Shown piece by piece: positions 63,221 through 64,000 of a stretch of DNA of 64,000 nucleotides; within the stretch, counting starts at the first letter, position 1, and each line of letters opens with the position of its first letter. The stretch is from Chromera velia (Eukaryota). The stretch spans positions 62,001 to 126,000 of the forward strand of contig JAHBMJ010000046.1 in the NCBI GenBank assembly GCA_018398765.1. Reading direction: 5' to 3'. Made by a program: the position numbers and the translations under genes. Under the pieces are notes generated by a model. That model saw only the letters and a list, made by a program, of their open reading frames with translations. It was not told the origin of the DNA and made no database searches.

Positions 63221-63739
63221 TCAGTGTGAAAGAGGAGACGGGAAGTGCAAATAGATCGGCTCACAATGGTTCCCCTCCGAACGCTCGGACTCGCCCTGTG
63301 TGTCCTCCTCCAAGAACTCGCAGGAGGGCGTGCATTTTCTGCTTCCACGTTCGATGTGCTGTCTTCTGCTCATGGGACAGACAGATGGGCAAAAAGACGA
63401 GGAAGTCCTCGTCCTCGCGGAAGTAGACGGGGACTGGGTCAAAGTTTGTTTGCCGCAGTTCTCCCGCAAGAGAGAGGAGACGCTTCTGTGCACGGCGTAG
63501 ATAGCACCTTCGATATATTTTCTTCTTTCCTCCGTCGCAAGCAGGCTGAGATTTTGAACAAGCTGGAGGAAGTCGACGGGAAGGGAAAGTTCGTTCGAGA
63601 GCCCTGGTCTCAAGAGGAGACGGGAAGCGAAGGGTTGACGGCTGTTCTTGAGGGAGGCGATGTTATCGAAAAAGGTGCGTGTTCGACTTCTTTCATCAAG
63701 GGCGTACTCAGCGTCGATCGAGCGAGGGCCATGAAGCAA
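63221..63739 (-). CDS. Possible exon(s) of a gene extending past the window end
   Basis: 172-aa ORF with protein-like composition (FFDNIASLKNSRQPF...KYIEGAIYAVH). No family recognised. Confidence 0.35.
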   Translation of the reverse strand: MLHGPRSIDAEYALDERSRTRTFFDNIASLKNSRQPFASRLLLRPGLSNELSLPVDFLQLVQNLSLLATEERRKYIEGAIYAVHRSVSSLLRENCGKQTLTQSPSTSARTRTSSSFCPSVCPMSRRQHIERGSRKCTPSCEFLEEDTQGESERSEGNHCEPIYLHFPSPLSH

Positions 63740-64000
63740 CGAAAAGGGGCAGATGGGTGGGACTTGAAGGGGGGAGAGACCTACAGAGCTGCTGCGTTGT
63801 CACTTGTCTTTCATTCTCGCTCTCCCCTTGTACCGACATTCCGTGCCGACGTGCGTTACTTTGAGGTGGAAGGCAAACCTGGTTGGTTTGGAGGAGGGGC
63901 TGATCTGACACCCTACTATCTTTTTGACGACGATGTTAGGGAGTTTCATGGTTTTTGGAAAGAGGTCTGCAATCGGTTCTCCCCTCGCTCCTTCCCGGTT

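Overview
Eukaryotic, intron-rich genomic DNA. GT-AG introns carry (CT)n(GT)n tracts and GTCAGT donors, and AT-rich islands lie between genes. The style suggests a chromerid/alveolate such as Chromera, which is an inference only. About ten protein genes alternate strictly in strand as head-to-head pairs: unknown/EF-hand protein, OPA-family MFS transporter/multi-enzyme fusion, GTPase-MACPF/small orphan, and kinesin-3/orphan. A CCCH-PAM2 RNA-binding protein follows. Two loci stand out. (1) A signal-peptide-less protein fuses a GBP/atlastin-like GTPase to a MACPF-like pore-forming domain. It is paired divergently with an intronless orphan, and the two-gene cassette is bracketed by a ~0.7 kb diverged inverted repeat, making it a candidate protist immune/cell-death module. 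(2) A 10-exon, ~1383-aa gene fuses tandem PTPS/QueD-like domains, a HAD-like remnant, a SAM methyltransferase and an MDR dehydrogenase behind a mitochondrial-type presequence, resembling a prokaryotic orphan operon collapsed into one polypeptide. Transposons sit in the AT-rich convergent intergenic islands: a LINE with nine in-frame stops and no frameshift nested in a MITE, and a hAT-type MITE with a perfect 8-bp TSD. All assignments come from manual motif reading; no database searches were run.
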